Below, piece after piece: positions 30,140-39,904 of a stretch of DNA of 64,000 bases (position 1 is its first letter; every line of letters begins with the position of its first letter). The notes beneath the pieces were generated by a model. It made no database searches. It had not been told where the DNA came from and saw only the letters and a program-made list of their open reading frames with translations. Position numbers and translations under genes: made by a program. The stretch comes from Vulcanimicrobiota bacterium (GTDB lineage Bacteria > Vulcanimicrobiota > Vulcanimicrobiia > Vulcanimicrobiales > Vulcanimicrobiaceae): NCBI GenBank assembly GCA_963777315.1, contig CAVZQC010000002.1:256001-320000 (forward strand). Reading direction: 5' to 3'.

Positions 30140-31431
30140 ACCCCGGCACCAGCTGCTGCGCTGCGCATAAGCACCGGACCGCGCGGCCGAAGCGTAATGA
30201 CCGGATCGGGCAATACCGCTTCGTCGGGCGAAGCGAGCTCGAAGCGAAACCGCGTTGCCAAGGCCGCAATTTCGATGCGGGCTTCATTCCAGGCGAATTG
30301 ATCGCCTAGGCACTTTCGCGAACCGGCTCCGAACGGGAAATACGCCATCGGCGGCAGCTCGGGAGCGCTCAGCCATCGCTCCGGATCGAAGCGCTCGGGC
30401 CGATCGAAATACTGCGCCGAGCGATGCATGACCAGCTGGCTCATCAGAACGGTGCCGCCTTTGCGAATTCTCCAACCCGCGGCGTCGACATCGCGCAGTG
30501 CGTCGCGCCCCAGGATCCACGCCGGCGGGTAAAGTCGCAGCGTTTCGCTCAGCAGCGCGTCCAGATACGCCGAGTCCCGGCCGGCGCGCAGCTCGTCGCG
30601 CAAACGGCGTGCGACGTGCGGATGCCGCGCGAGCTGATACCACGTCCAGGTCAGAGCATTTGCGGTGGTTTCGTGTCCCGCCACGAAAAGCGTCATCACT
30701 TCGTCGCGCACCTGAGCGTCGCTCAGGCGCTTTCCGTCGTCGTCCCGGCACGCCAGCAGCATGGACAGCGCGTCGCCGCGATCTTCGCCGCTGCGGCGGC
30801 GTTGCGCGATCAGGCGCAGTACGATTTCGTCCAGGACCGCGCGTGCGCGACGAAACCGCCGCATCGGCCCGAAGGGCAGCACGCGCGTGAGCGCGCCGAA
30901 AGGCCCGAGCACGTCGGGAAAAATCGTAACCACCTCGTGCAGTGCGCCCGCCACCCGGTCTGCTTCTTCGCCGGCGTCGGCACCGAACAGCGTCTTTGAC
31001 GCGATGCGCAGCGTGAGTTCCATCATCTCGGCGTGCATGTCGAAAACGCCTTCGGGCGGGTTCCAGCTTTGCGCGTACTCGAGCATGGTCTGCGCGTATG
31101 CGGCAATGCGCTGCTTGTGAAACGCCGGCTGCACGATGCGCCGCATACGTTTGTGCAGCGGCTCTTCACTCGTGACCAGGCCTTGGCCCAGCAGCGCGCG
31201 CATGGCGCGCGTGCCCTCCGATTTGACGAAATCGTGCTGACGGTTCACGAGCACGTCTTTGACGGCGGCGGGGTCGTTGAGAAAATAGAACCGACGCCAG
31301 GGCACGCGGAACGTAACGACCGGTCCGTATTCGCGCTCGACTTCGGCAAGGAATACGGGAAACTCGCGCAGCGGCGTGCTGCGCAGGCGGCGATACGTGC
31401 GCCACATGCTCGGACCCGGCGGCTCGCGCAT
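30136..31431 (-). CDS. Cytochrome P450
   Basis: AGHETT, ETLRLYPP, FDPERW, and FPFGAGSRKCLG heme-thiolate motif. Confidence 0.95.
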   Translation of the reverse strand: MREPPGPSMWRTYRRLRSTPLREFPVFLAEVEREYGPVVTFRVPWRRFYFLNDPAAVKDVLVNRQHDFVKSEGTRAMRALLGQGLVTSEEPLHKRMRRIVQPAFHKQRIAAYAQTMLEYAQSWNPPEGVFDMHAEMMELTLRIASKTLFGADAGEEADRVAGALHEVVTIFPDVLGPFGALTRVLPFGPMRRFRRARAVLDEIVLRLIAQRRRSGEDRGDALSMLLACRDDDGKRLSDAQVRDEVMTLFVAGHETTANALTWTWYQLARHPHVARRLRDELRAGRDSAYLDALLSETLRLYPPAWILGRDALRDVDAAGWRIRKGGTVLMSQLVMHRSAQYFDRPERFDPERWLSAPELPPMAYFPFGAGSRKCLGDQFAWNEARIEIAALATRFRFELASPDEAVLPDPVITLRPRGPVLMRSAAAGAGV

Positions 31432-31865
31432 CAGAGGTCGATGAGCGGGATGCCGACGTCCGGGCAATCGGAACGGCGCAGCGGCACGCGTACCTCTTGA
31501 ACGAACAGTTCCAGCGTGGGGCGCACCGTTGCCGACAGAAGATGTCCGCCGGCGGCGGTGCCGTCACGGCGCCCGACCACGCAATGCGCGTGAATTTTCG
31601 GCTTGCCCCGATATTGCGTCACGTTGCCTAAAAACGACAGCAGCTCCACTTGATCGTCGATTTCGATCGGCACGTACCGTTTTTCGCCCATGTCGTAATA
31701 TCCGACGGTCGCACGCCGCAGACCACCGATTCCCGACAAGCTCGCGCATAACACGTCTTCTGCGATGCAAAACTGCTCGAGCACGTCGAGCACGTCGTCG
31801 CCGATTCCCAGGACCAGCGCAAACATGCGCGCGCCGGTATCCTCTGCGAGCAGCGCGTACTTCAT
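31431..31865 (-). CDS. PPC/DUF296 domain protein
   Basis: SGIG, ELLSFLGNV, HAHCVVG, GGHL, PTLELF. Confidence 0.9.
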   Translation of the reverse strand: MKYALLAEDTGARMFALVLGIGDDVLDVLEQFCIAEDVLCASLSGIGGLRRATVGYYDMGEKRYVPIEIDDQVELLSFLGNVTQYRGKPKIHAHCVVGRRDGTAAGGHLLSATVRPTLELFVQEVRVPLRRSDCPDVGIPLIDL

Positions 31866-31870
31866 CCGCG

Positions 31871-32119
31871 CTATCCTCCGGCTTTTTTAACGGTGTGTCC
31901 GAGATTTTGGACGAATGCGACGATCTTGTCGCGGTGATCGCCTTGGATTTCGACAACGCCGTTTTTCGACGTTCCGCCCGTACCGCACAGCCGCTTGAGC
32001 GCCGACGCGGTTGAAGCCAACTCTCGAGCCGGCAAGCCGGTAACGACGCACACTACGCTGGCTCGGCGGCGCTCGCGCATCACGCGCACGATTCCGTCGT
32101 CGGGCACGCGGTTCTTCAC
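31871..32119 (-). CDS. yciH: SUI1/YciH translation initiation factor-like protein
   Basis: LKRLCGTGGT...EIQGDHR...VKKAGG. Confidence 0.88.
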   Translation of the reverse strand: MKNRVPDDGIVRVMRERRRASVVCVVTGLPARELASTASALKRLCGTGGTSKNGVVEIQGDHRDKIVAFVQNLGHTVKKAGG

Positions 32120-32169
32120 GCGCGAGCCGTTCGGCAGGCGGGCGCGTTCGCCCCGCCAAAGCGCGGCGC

Positions 32170-32712
32170 ATGAACCAGCGGCGCGTGGCGCTCTTTTGCG
32201 GCGCGCACACCGGCAACGGATCGCGCTACATCGACGTGGCCGCGGATGCCGCTAGGCGCATCGTCGAGCGCAACATCGGCATCGTCTACGGCGGAGGCCG
32301 CGTTGGGCTGATGGGGGTGATAGCGGACGCCGCACTGGACGCGGGAGGCGAAGTCATCGGCGTGATACCGCAGGCGCTTGCCAGTGAAGAAGTCGCGCAC
32401 GGCGGCCTCACGCAGCTGCACGTCGTGCAAAGCATGCATCAGCGCAAAGCGCTGATGGCGGACTTGAGCGACGGCTTCATCGCGCTGCCCGGCGGCTTCG
32501 GCACGATGGACGAATTTTCCGAGATACTCACCTGGGCGCAGCTGAACATCCATGCCAAACCGATAGGGCTGCTCAACGCATACGACTACTATGCGCTATT
32601 GCTGGCGCTCTTTGACAACATGGTGCTCCAAGGATTCGTCACGCCGCGCAACCGCGCGCTGGTGCACGCGTCGGGCGCGATCGAACAACTCCTTGAGGCT
32701 TTCGAATTTTAG
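32170..32712 (+). CDS. LOG family nucleotide phosphoribohydrolase
   Basis: VYGGGRVGLMG, MHQRKALM, PGGFGTMDE. Confidence 0.93.
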   Translation: MNQRRVALFCGAHTGNGSRYIDVAADAARRIVERNIGIVYGGGRVGLMGVIADAALDAGGEVIGVIPQALASEEVAHGGLTQLHVVQSMHQRKALMADLSDGFIALPGGFGTMDEFSEILTWAQLNIHAKPIGLLNAYDYYALLLALFDNMVLQGFVTPRNRALVHASGAIEQLLEAFEF

Positions 32713-32717
32713 GGTCG

Positions 32718-32963
32718 CTACGGCAGCCGAAATGCGATCGTCGTGCCGATGCGCGCGCGCAGCGCGTCGATCTCGCTTGCCGGCGCCTCGTATGTACGGA
32801 CGGTGCCGTCCTTGAGGCGTACCGTCGCTTCGCGTCCGTTCACCGCCGTGAGCAGACCGTACGCAAACCGTATCCGGCTCGGTGCGGCCCTAGTGTTCCA
32901 CTTGATCACGATCGCGGACGTCGCCAGCGCAGGCGGAAGCGCGGGGAGAGGCATGCCGTCCAT
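32718..32963 (-). CDS. Hypothetical protein
   Basis: 81-aa ORF filling the gap between convergent genes; short beta-rich sequence. Confidence 0.45.
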   Translation of the reverse strand: MDGMPLPALPPALATSAIVIKWNTRAAPSRIRFAYGLLTAVNGREATVRLKDGTVRTYEAPASEIDALRARIGTTIAFRLP

Positions 32964-33045
32964 ATACCCGTCCGGCCGGTTTACGACTAACCCTGGACTC
33001 GGTTCCTTATCGATCGCAGGGTTCGTACCGGCTCGGCCACGCGAA

Positions 33046-36000
33046 TTACTCGGTCAGCGCTTCTTTGAGCAAACGTTCCTGCTCGACCGCATGAGCGCCC
33101 GGATAGCCTTCCGACGGAGACGCGCGGTAGGGCCGGCCGATGTAGTCGATTTCCAGCGAGTCGCGCCGGCGCTCGATAAGGCGCCGGCGAACGTATGCCC
33201 GCGCGCCCATGTTCTTGGGCTCCTCCTGAACCCACACGAGCTTTTTGACATTGGGATAGGTGGCGATGACGTCGTTGATTTCAGTGTACGGCAGCGGCGA
33301 AAGCAGTTCGATCCGCACGATTGCGGTTTTGCGCAGCTGCTCGTGCAGTTCGTGCTGCACCAAGTCGTGATAGATTTTGCCCGTGCACAGCAGCAGCCGC
33401 TCCACGCGGCTTTTGTCCGCGGCGCCGGGGTCGTCCAGGACCGGATGGAATTTTCCGCCCGCCATCTCGTCGATGCGCCCGCCGGCGAACTCCACGCGCA
33501 GCAGCGACTTGGGGGTGACGATCACCAGCGGAACCGGCTGCGGCATCGTCGCCTGCTGGCGCAGGAGATGATAATAGTTCGAGGCGGTGCTCAAATCCGC
33601 GACGCGCAAGTTGCCTTCGGCCGCCAACTGCAGAAAGCGTTCGAGCCGCGCGCTGGAATGTTCGGGTCCCATGCCTTCGTAGCCGTGCGGAAGCAGCAAC
33701 GTCAAGCGTGCCGTTTGCCCCCATTTGGCTTGTCCTGCTGCGATGAACTGATCGATGACGATCTGCGCGCCGTTGTTGAAGTCGCCGAATTGGGCTTCCC
33801 ATAGCACGAGAGCCTTGGGAACCGACGCGCTGTACCCGTATTCGAACCCCAAGCACGAATACTCCGAAAGCGGGCTGTTGCGGATCTCGAACGATGCCTT
33901 GATTCCGGGCACGTGCTGCAGCGGAATGCGCTGCGCGCCGGTGTGCGGATCGTGCAGCACCGCGTGGCGATGGCTGAAGGTTCCGCGCTCGGTATCCTGA
34001 CCCGTCAGGCGGATCGGCGTGCCCTCACACAGCAGCGACACGAAGGCGAGCGCTTCGGCCATTCCCCAATCCATCACGCCTTTTTCGTGAATGGCGGCCT
34101 TGCGGCGTTCGAACTGCGTCTGGAGTTTTTTGGCGATCGTAAAACCTTGCGGAACGCTGACGAGCTCGTCGCTCCAATCCAGGAGCTGCTCTTTGCCCGG
34201 CTTGCCCAGAGGCGCCGCATCGACCGGCTTGGCGCCGATTTTGGCGAGCATGCCCGCGACGTTGTGCTTGCCTTTGATGGCGTGATGCACGCTCTGCAGG
34301 TTCGCGGTCGCCTGTGCGGCCAGCTCGGCCGCGCGATCTTTGCTCAGCACGCCCTGCGCGACGAGCTTGTTTGCGAACAGTTCGCGCGCGGTCGGGTGCG
34401 CCTTGATGCGCTCGTACATCTCGGGCTGAGTGTATGCGGGTTCATCCTGTTCGTTGTGGCCGAAACGCCGGTAGCCGATGACGTCGAGCAGCACGTCGCG
34501 CCCAAAGCGTTTGCGGAATTCCACGGCCAGCCGAATGGCCCAAATGCACGCGTCGACGTCGTCGGCGTTCACGTGAATGATCGGCACGTCGAAGCCCTTG
34601 GCCAAATCCGAGGCGTACCGGGTGGAACGGCTGTCGCGCACGTCGGTGGTGAAACCGACCTGGTTGTTCGCAATGATATGGATCGTGCCGCCGGTTTGGT
34701 AGCCAGGCAGCGACTGCATGTTGAACACTTCGGCAACGATGCCTTGCCCCGTGAACGCGGCATCGCCGTGAATGAGAATCGGCGCAGCCTTCTTGACTTC
34801 CTGAGACGGCACTGGATGCGAATGATCGGTTTGCAGCGCGCGCGCGGTGCCTTCGACGACCGGATCGACGGCCTCCAGATGGCTGGGGTTGTTGGCGAGC
34901 GTAACGCGGATCGTCTTGCCGTCCGGACAGCGATACGTGCCGCTTGCGCCGTGATGATATTTAACGTCTCCGGTTACGTCGCCCTCGGCACCAACTTCGC
35001 CGCGCTCGTGCGCGGCTTCGAATTCGGCGAGAATCTCCTCATACGGCAGATTGACGACGTGCGCGATCGTTGCAAGCCGTCCGCGATGGGCCATGCCGAT
35101 GACCGCGTCGGACGTTCCGTCGTGAACGAACAGCTCGAGCGCCTCCTCGAGCATCGGCACCATGGCATCCAAGCCTTCGCCCGAGAACGTTTTCTGTCCT
35201 AAAAACGCCTTTCGCAAATACCGCTCGAACGCTTCGGCGCGCGTGAGTCGCCCCAGCAGATCGATCTTGCGCTCGTCGGAAAGCGCGATCTTGTGTTTGC
35301 CGGACTCGATGACGTCGCGCAGCCATTCGCGCTGCTCGGTATGCGAAATGTGCTCGACCTCGTACGCGATCGTCGAACTGTACGTTTCTCGCAAGTGCGG
35401 CAGAACGTCGGCGAGCGTGTCTCCCGGCACCTTGACGCGCAGCACGCCGGCCGGTATCGCGGACTGCAAAGCGGGCGTAAGTCCCCAATTCGCCGGTTCC
35501 AGCGACGGATCGCCAATCGGCGGCGTGCCTAGCGGATCCAACGTGGCGGCCAAATGGCCGTGCGTGCGGTACGCAGCGACGATCGCCATGCCGGCCGCGA
35601 CCGCGCGCAGCATCTCGTCACCCTTGGACGCGTCGTCTTGCCGGCGTGGGATCGCGGTATCGGCCTGTACCGGCGCGCTCGCCTCCGTCGCCGCAAGACC
35701 GAGCGCGGAAAATACCGATTCGTAAAATTCGTCTTCGCCCTGGAGCAACTCGTCGACGCGTTTGAGATATTCGCCCGATTGCGCGCCTTGAATGACGCGG
35801 TGATCGTACGTCGAGGTCATCTGCATGATCTTGCGAACGCCCAGCGACCGCAGCGCGCCGTCGTCGCCCGCAAAGCCGGGCGGATAGCCGATAGCTCCGG
35901 CTGCAATGATCGCGCCTTGCCCGGCCATGAGCCGCGGCACGGAGGCCGACGTTCCGATGCCGCCCGGATTGGTCAGCGTGAAAGAAGCCCCTTGCAATTC

Positions 36001-37251
36001 GTCGGCCGCGAGCTTGTTGTCGCGGGCTTTTTCGACGAGCTCTTCGTATTTGGCGCGAAACTGCGCGAAGTCCAGACTGTCCGCCGACGCGATCACCGGG
36101 ACCACTAAAAAGCGGGTGCCGTCCTTGCGCCGCGCGTCCACCGCCAAACCCAGATGAATGCCGGGCTCCACGCGCACGGGCTTACCGCCTTCCCGGCGGA
36201 ACGAGTTCGTGATGGCGGGCAGTTCGCGCGCGGCGCGCACCAGTGCGAAGGCGATTAAATGCGTAAACGAAATTTTTTCCGTGCGCCCGGCATTTTTGAG
36301 CTCGGCGTTGACTTGCTTGCGCCGCCGTTCGAGAACGTCGACGGTCAGCGTGCGAAAGCTCGTCGCCGTCGGGATCGCAAGACTTTGCTCCATGTAGCCG
36401 ATCAGCGCCGCCGGCGGCCCTTTGAGCTGCGTGATCTTGGCGTTTGCGCCGAGCGGCGGCAGCGGCTGCGGCGCAGGCTGGATCCCGCCCGGCTCGTCGA
36501 TCCGTTGCGACGCCACGTCGCCGCGCATCACCAGACCGCCCGGACCGCTGCCTTTTATGCGGCCGATATCGAGCTGCAGTTTGCGTGCCGCGCGGCGCGC
36601 CTGGGGCGTTGCAATCGCCTCCGCCGTCGGCCGGCCGTTGTCGCCGGCAGGCGCGGGCTTGCGGACGGCAACGGCCGGCGTATCGCCGGCGCGGGCCCGA
36701 TTATCGGACGCCACTGTGCGGCTGTCGGAAAGCGCGATCTCGGCCAGCGGCGCGCCCACGGTTACGGTCTGCCCTTCCTGGGCGAGCACGTTGGCAATCA
36801 CGCCCGTCGCGCTCGCCGGCACCTCGACGTCGACTTTGTCGGTGGTTACGCTGACGATGGGGTCGCCTTCGCGCACCGAATCGCCCGCGTGTTTTTGCCA
36901 CTCGACGATCGTCCCTTCGGCGACTGATTCGCCCATCTGGGGCAGCGTAACAACGACCGTCCTCGCCGGTTCGAAGTCGGGCGCAGCGGCCCCATTTCCG
37001 CTCGAAGCGGTATCGATGCGCGCGAGCACGGTTCCTACGCCGACCGTCGCGCCTTCGTCCACCAGAATTTGATCGAGCACGCCGGAAACCGTTGCCGGCA
37101 CCTCTACGTCAACTTTGTCCGTGGTGACGTCGACCAGCGGGTCGCCCTCGGCAACGTAGTCTCCGACCTTCTTGCGCCATTCGACGATCGAGCCTTGCGT
37201 AACGGACTCGCCCATCTCGGGCAACGTGATTGGAACCATGGTGTCGGGCAC
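33046..37251 (-). CDS. sucA: Multifunctional 2-oxoglutarate dehydrogenase: 2 lipoyl domains + PSBD + E2 acyltransferase + E1
   Basis: TTDKVDVEV twice, ATPQARRAA...IKGSGPGGLV, YDHRVIQGAQSG, GMAHRGRL, HGDAAFTGQG..NNQ, RRFGHNEQD, WEAQFGDF, PHGYEG. Confidence 0.95.
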   Translation of the reverse strand: MPDTMVPITLPEMGESVTQGSIVEWRKKVGDYVAEGDPLVDVTTDKVDVEVPATVSGVLDQILVDEGATVGVGTVLARIDTASSGNGAAAPDFEPARTVVVTLPQMGESVAEGTIVEWQKHAGDSVREGDPIVSVTTDKVDVEVPASATGVIANVLAQEGQTVTVGAPLAEIALSDSRTVASDNRARAGDTPAVAVRKPAPAGDNGRPTAEAIATPQARRAARKLQLDIGRIKGSGPGGLVMRGDVASQRIDEPGGIQPAPQPLPPLGANAKITQLKGPPAALIGYMEQSLAIPTATSFRTLTVDVLERRRKQVNAELKNAGRTEKISFTHLIAFALVRAARELPAITNSFRREGGKPVRVEPGIHLGLAVDARRKDGTRFLVVPVIASADSLDFAQFRAKYEELVEKARDNKLAADELQGASFTLTNPGGIGTSASVPRLMAGQGAIIAAGAIGYPPGFAGDDGALRSLGVRKIMQMTSTYDHRVIQGAQSGEYLKRVDELLQGEDEFYESVFSALGLAATEASAPVQADTAIPRRQDDASKGDEMLRAVAAGMAIVAAYRTHGHLAATLDPLGTPPIGDPSLEPANWGLTPALQSAIPAGVLRVKVPGDTLADVLPHLRETYSSTIAYEVEHISHTEQREWLRDVIESGKHKIALSDERKIDLLGRLTRAEAFERYLRKAFLGQKTFSGEGLDAMVPMLEEALELFVHDGTSDAVIGMAHRGRLATIAHVVNLPYEEILAEFEAAHERGEVGAEGDVTGDVKYHHGASGTYRCPDGKTIRVTLANNPSHLEAVDPVVEGTARALQTDHSHPVPSQEVKKAAPILIHGDAAFTGQGIVAEVFNMQSLPGYQTGGTIHIIANNQVGFTTDVRDSRSTRYASDLAKGFDVPIIHVNADDVDACIWAIRLAVEFRKRFGRDVLLDVIGYRRFGHNEQDEPAYTQPEMYERIKAHPTARELFANKLVAQGVLSKDRAAELAAQATANLQSVHHAIKGKHNVAGMLAKIGAKPVDAAPLGKPGKEQLLDWSDELVSVPQGFTIAKKLQTQFERRKAAIHEKGVMDWGMAEALAFVSLLCEGTPIRLTGQDTERGTFSHRHAVLHDPHTGAQRIPLQHVPGIKASFEIRNSPLSEYSCLGFEYGYSASVPKALVLWEAQFGDFNNGAQIVIDQFIAAGQAKWGQTARLTLLLPHGYEGMGPEHSSARLERFLQLAAEGNLRVADLSTASNYYHLLRQQATMPQPVPLVIVTPKSLLRVEFAGGRIDEMAGGKFHPVLDDPGAADKSRVERLLLCTGKIYHDLVQHELHEQLRKTAIVRIELLSPLPYTEINDVIATYPNVKKLVWVQEEPKNMGARAYVRRRLIERRRDSLEIDYIGRPYRASPSEGYPGAHAVEQERLLKEALTE

Positions 37252-37479
37252 TGCGGCAGCTGCTCCTAGTGGGATCGAAATAACCGGTAGGGTAGGCTTT
37301 GGCGGCCTTGCGGCATCTCCATCTTATCCCGGATTCGGGGCGCCCATGGCGACCTATGCCGAATTTCCGACATCCGGCTATGCTGAGCCCTCCTGCGGGA
37401 GACTATCGCCGTTCCAGCCATTGCCGGCAGCGAATGCACTCCGTTGCGAACGACTTGGCGCCGGCCAGAAAGCGTTACG

Positions 37480-38256
37480 CTAAAAATACTGCGCGCGCTG
37501 CGGCGGAAACGTCACGGCCCGCAAACGGTTGAAAGCGGGGCGCGCGTGCGCGAGCACATACGCCGCAACGTCGTACGAGTCCCGATCCGACAGCGTCCCC
37601 GGCGCGTTTTGCGGCATGTTGTAGCGAACGAACGACGCCATTGTTTGCACCCGGTGCATTCCCGCTCCGCTGTTGAACGACGTGGGGCCCCACAGCGGCG
37701 GATACACGGCGTTGCCGGCTCCGCCGGGCCCGTGACACAGCGAGCATTTCCGCGTGTAAATTGCGCGCCCGCGCTGGGGGTTCGGCGCCTGCGGCGGCTC
37801 GAACTGTGCCAAGCGGACTTTCGGATCGGGCCCGCTGCCGATCGGCGTGCCGCGCGAAAGGTACGTTATGTACGCGACCATTGCGAGCATTTCGCGGCTG
37901 TGGTACGAGGGCGGGCGTCCGTTCATGCTGTATAAAAAGCACTCCGCCAGCCGGTCCTGCAGCGCGATCACGCGACCAGCCCGCTTGTTCCACTGCGGAA
38001 ATTGCGCGGCGATGCCGACGAACGTGCCTCCCCGCGGCTTGGTCCCGGCGTTCACGTGACAGGCCGAACAATCCATGTTCGCCGTTACGTACGGTTTCAT
38101 GTGCGCGCGCGTGTGCACGATCAGTTCGCGTCCATACGCCACCATGTCGCCGACCGGTCCCGTGGGCGCAGGTCCCGGCGTCGCCGCGCTGCCCGCGCCG
38201 GAATGCGACGCGCACGCCGCCAGCAGCGCTATCGACGCCAAAACGGCGGCGCGCAT
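37480..38256 (-). CDS. Diheme cytochrome c, TsdA (thiosulfate dehydrogenase)-like lipoprotein
   Basis: Lipobox LAAC, CSACH and CSLCH heme sites, RLAECFLYSMNG with the conserved Cys, PPLWG..SFN.GAGM, NMP. Confidence 0.78.
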   Translation of the reverse strand: MRAAVLASIALLAACASHSGAGSAATPGPAPTGPVGDMVAYGRELIVHTRAHMKPYVTANMDCSACHVNAGTKPRGGTFVGIAAQFPQWNKRAGRVIALQDRLAECFLYSMNGRPPSYHSREMLAMVAYITYLSRGTPIGSGPDPKVRLAQFEPPQAPNPQRGRAIYTRKCSLCHGPGGAGNAVYPPLWGPTSFNSGAGMHRVQTMASFVRYNMPQNAPGTLSDRDSYDVAAYVLAHARPAFNRLRAVTFPPQRAQYF

Positions 38257-38969
38257 TACATCGCCAAGGTGACGTACGAGTAGTGGAAGCGCTGCTGCAG
38301 AACCGCTATCGCGGCAACCATCGAAGGGACGACGTGCGTTCCGGCAATCAGGTGCGTGAGAATGTCGTCGGCAACGCCGGCACCGCTCATTCCGGACGGC
38401 GCGTTGCCCGCTTTGACGATTGCGCGAGCCTGCTCTTCGACCGCCGTATGGCAGGTCAGAAAAACGACGCCCCGGCTCTGCAGCGTTTGGATCGACGCGT
38501 CCTGATAAATGCCGCTTTCGTCGTCTGGATCCGACGTGCCGGACAGCGGTTTTGCGGGTTTGAGAAAGACGTTGCTCGTCACGCGATTCCCTTTGGGATC
38601 CGTCAATTTGAACAAGTCGCCGATTTTGTACTTTGCCCAGACGGCGTCATCGTAGGTATACGCGCTGGACGGCCCATGAGGGCAGAACACCATGGCGATG
38701 CGTTCGGGCGCGTAGCCGAAGCCGAACCGCAGGCCGTTGATCGCGTTCTTGACGTTGTTGAAAATCGCGGGATGAAACGCCACGGCTTCCCACAGCTGGC
38801 GTATATCGGCCGGTTTGTCCACGAGTCCGGCGAATTGCGCCGCATCGAAGTCGGCACTGCGCTCGACCAGCCGCGTACCGCCGGGAACGCTCTGCGCGGC
38901 CGCTGCGCCGCCGCCGCTGCTCAGCGCCGCCAGCGAGGCCGACGAGACCAAAAAGGTACTGCGTTTCAT
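38256..38969 (-). CDS. Tat-type exported DsrE-like protein
   Basis: GAGGAG SD, MKRSTFL signal, HG motif, LQSRGVVFLTCHTA, VVPSMVAAIAVLQQ. Its stop overlaps the cytochrome start. Confidence 0.65.
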   Translation of the reverse strand: MKRSTFLVSSASLAALSSGGGAAAAQSVPGGTRLVERSADFDAAQFAGLVDKPADIRQLWEAVAFHPAIFNNVKNAINGLRFGFGYAPERIAMVFCPHGPSSAYTYDDAVWAKYKIGDLFKLTDPKGNRVTSNVFLKPAKPLSGTSDPDDESGIYQDASIQTLQSRGVVFLTCHTAVEEQARAIVKAGNAPSGMSGAGVADDILTHLIAGTHVVPSMVAAIAVLQQRFHYSYVTLAM

Positions 38970-39000
38970 GCTCTCCTCAATTAGCCGGCGCGATGCCGGG

Positions 39001-39026
39001 ATACCCCGTCGCGGGCGGCGCAAAAC
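39001..39026 (-). promoter_or_regulatory. SigB/SigF-like promoter
   Basis: Minus strand reads GTTTTG-N14-GGGTAT upstream of the DsrE-like gene. Confidence 0.55.
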
Positions 39027-39093
39027 ACTGATCGCGGGTTGCGGCAGGGCCGCGCAGCGGCTTGGCTGCAGTTATTCGAGCGGAGGAACGATT

Positions 39094-39888
39094 ATGATCG
39101 GACGCGGCACCTTTGTGAGCCTGACGGCCGCCGCAGCAGCCGGAGCCGCCCTGACCAAAGCTTCGGGTCAAACGATTCGCGTCGCGCCGGACGATCCGGC
39201 CGTTCGCGTCGAGAGCGTGCACATCGCTCGACCGGACGTCGCCATGCCGGCGTACTGCGCACGGCCGAGCGATGCGCGGGCGGACACGCCGGGCATCGTC
39301 GTCGTCATGCACCTGTGGGGCGTCGACGAGTCGATCCGCGAAGTCGTTCGGGCCTTCGCCAAAGCCGGTTTCGCTGCCGCAGCGCCCGATCTGTATGCGC
39401 GCCTGCACGCGCCCGACGGCGACGGTAGAGAAGACTATGCGGCATTTGTTCCATTCGCCAAGCAATTGCAGGCGGCACAGGTCGACGGGGATCTACGCGC
39501 CGCGGCGCTTTGGCTGCAGTCCGCTCATCCCCAAGGCAAGATCGGCATAACGGGATTTTGCATGGGCGGTAAGATCGCGCTGCGCCAAGCGATCGACAAT
39601 GCCGGCACTTTCGCGGCGGATGCGGTGTGGTACGGCGCCGTCGATCAGGCCGATCCGCAAAAGATTCACATGCCGCTGCTGGGCAGCTACGGCGAACGCG
39701 ACACCGGCATCCCGGCAGCTGCCGTGCGCACATTCTACGATGCAGTACCCGCACCGCACGACCTTACGATCTACCCGACGGCCGGCCACGCCTTTTTCGA
39801 TCATACGCGCCCTTCATACGATCCGGTGGCCGCACAAGACGGCTGGCGGCGCGCCGTGGCGTTTTTCACCAAGTATCTGGCGAGTTAA
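39094..39888 (+). CDS. Dienelactone hydrolase family protein, exported
   Basis: GGAGG SD, Tat-like signal (MIGRGTFV), APDLY, GFCMGG nucleophile elbow, GERD, GHAF. Confidence 0.9.
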   Translation: MIGRGTFVSLTAAAAAGAALTKASGQTIRVAPDDPAVRVESVHIARPDVAMPAYCARPSDARADTPGIVVVMHLWGVDESIREVVRAFAKAGFAAAAPDLYARLHAPDGDGREDYAAFVPFAKQLQAAQVDGDLRAAALWLQSAHPQGKIGITGFCMGGKIALRQAIDNAGTFAADAVWYGAVDQADPQKIHMPLLGSYGERDTGIPAAAVRTFYDAVPAPHDLTIYPTAGHAFFDHTRPSYDPVAAQDGWRRAVAFFTKYLAS

Positions 39889-39904
39889 GCCGAAGAAGGC
39901 CGCT

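Noticed and set aside
37252..37479. Riboswitch (e.g. TPP or sucA motif) in the sucA leader
   Set aside because: I could not see the conserved core sequences. An Rfam scan would settle it.
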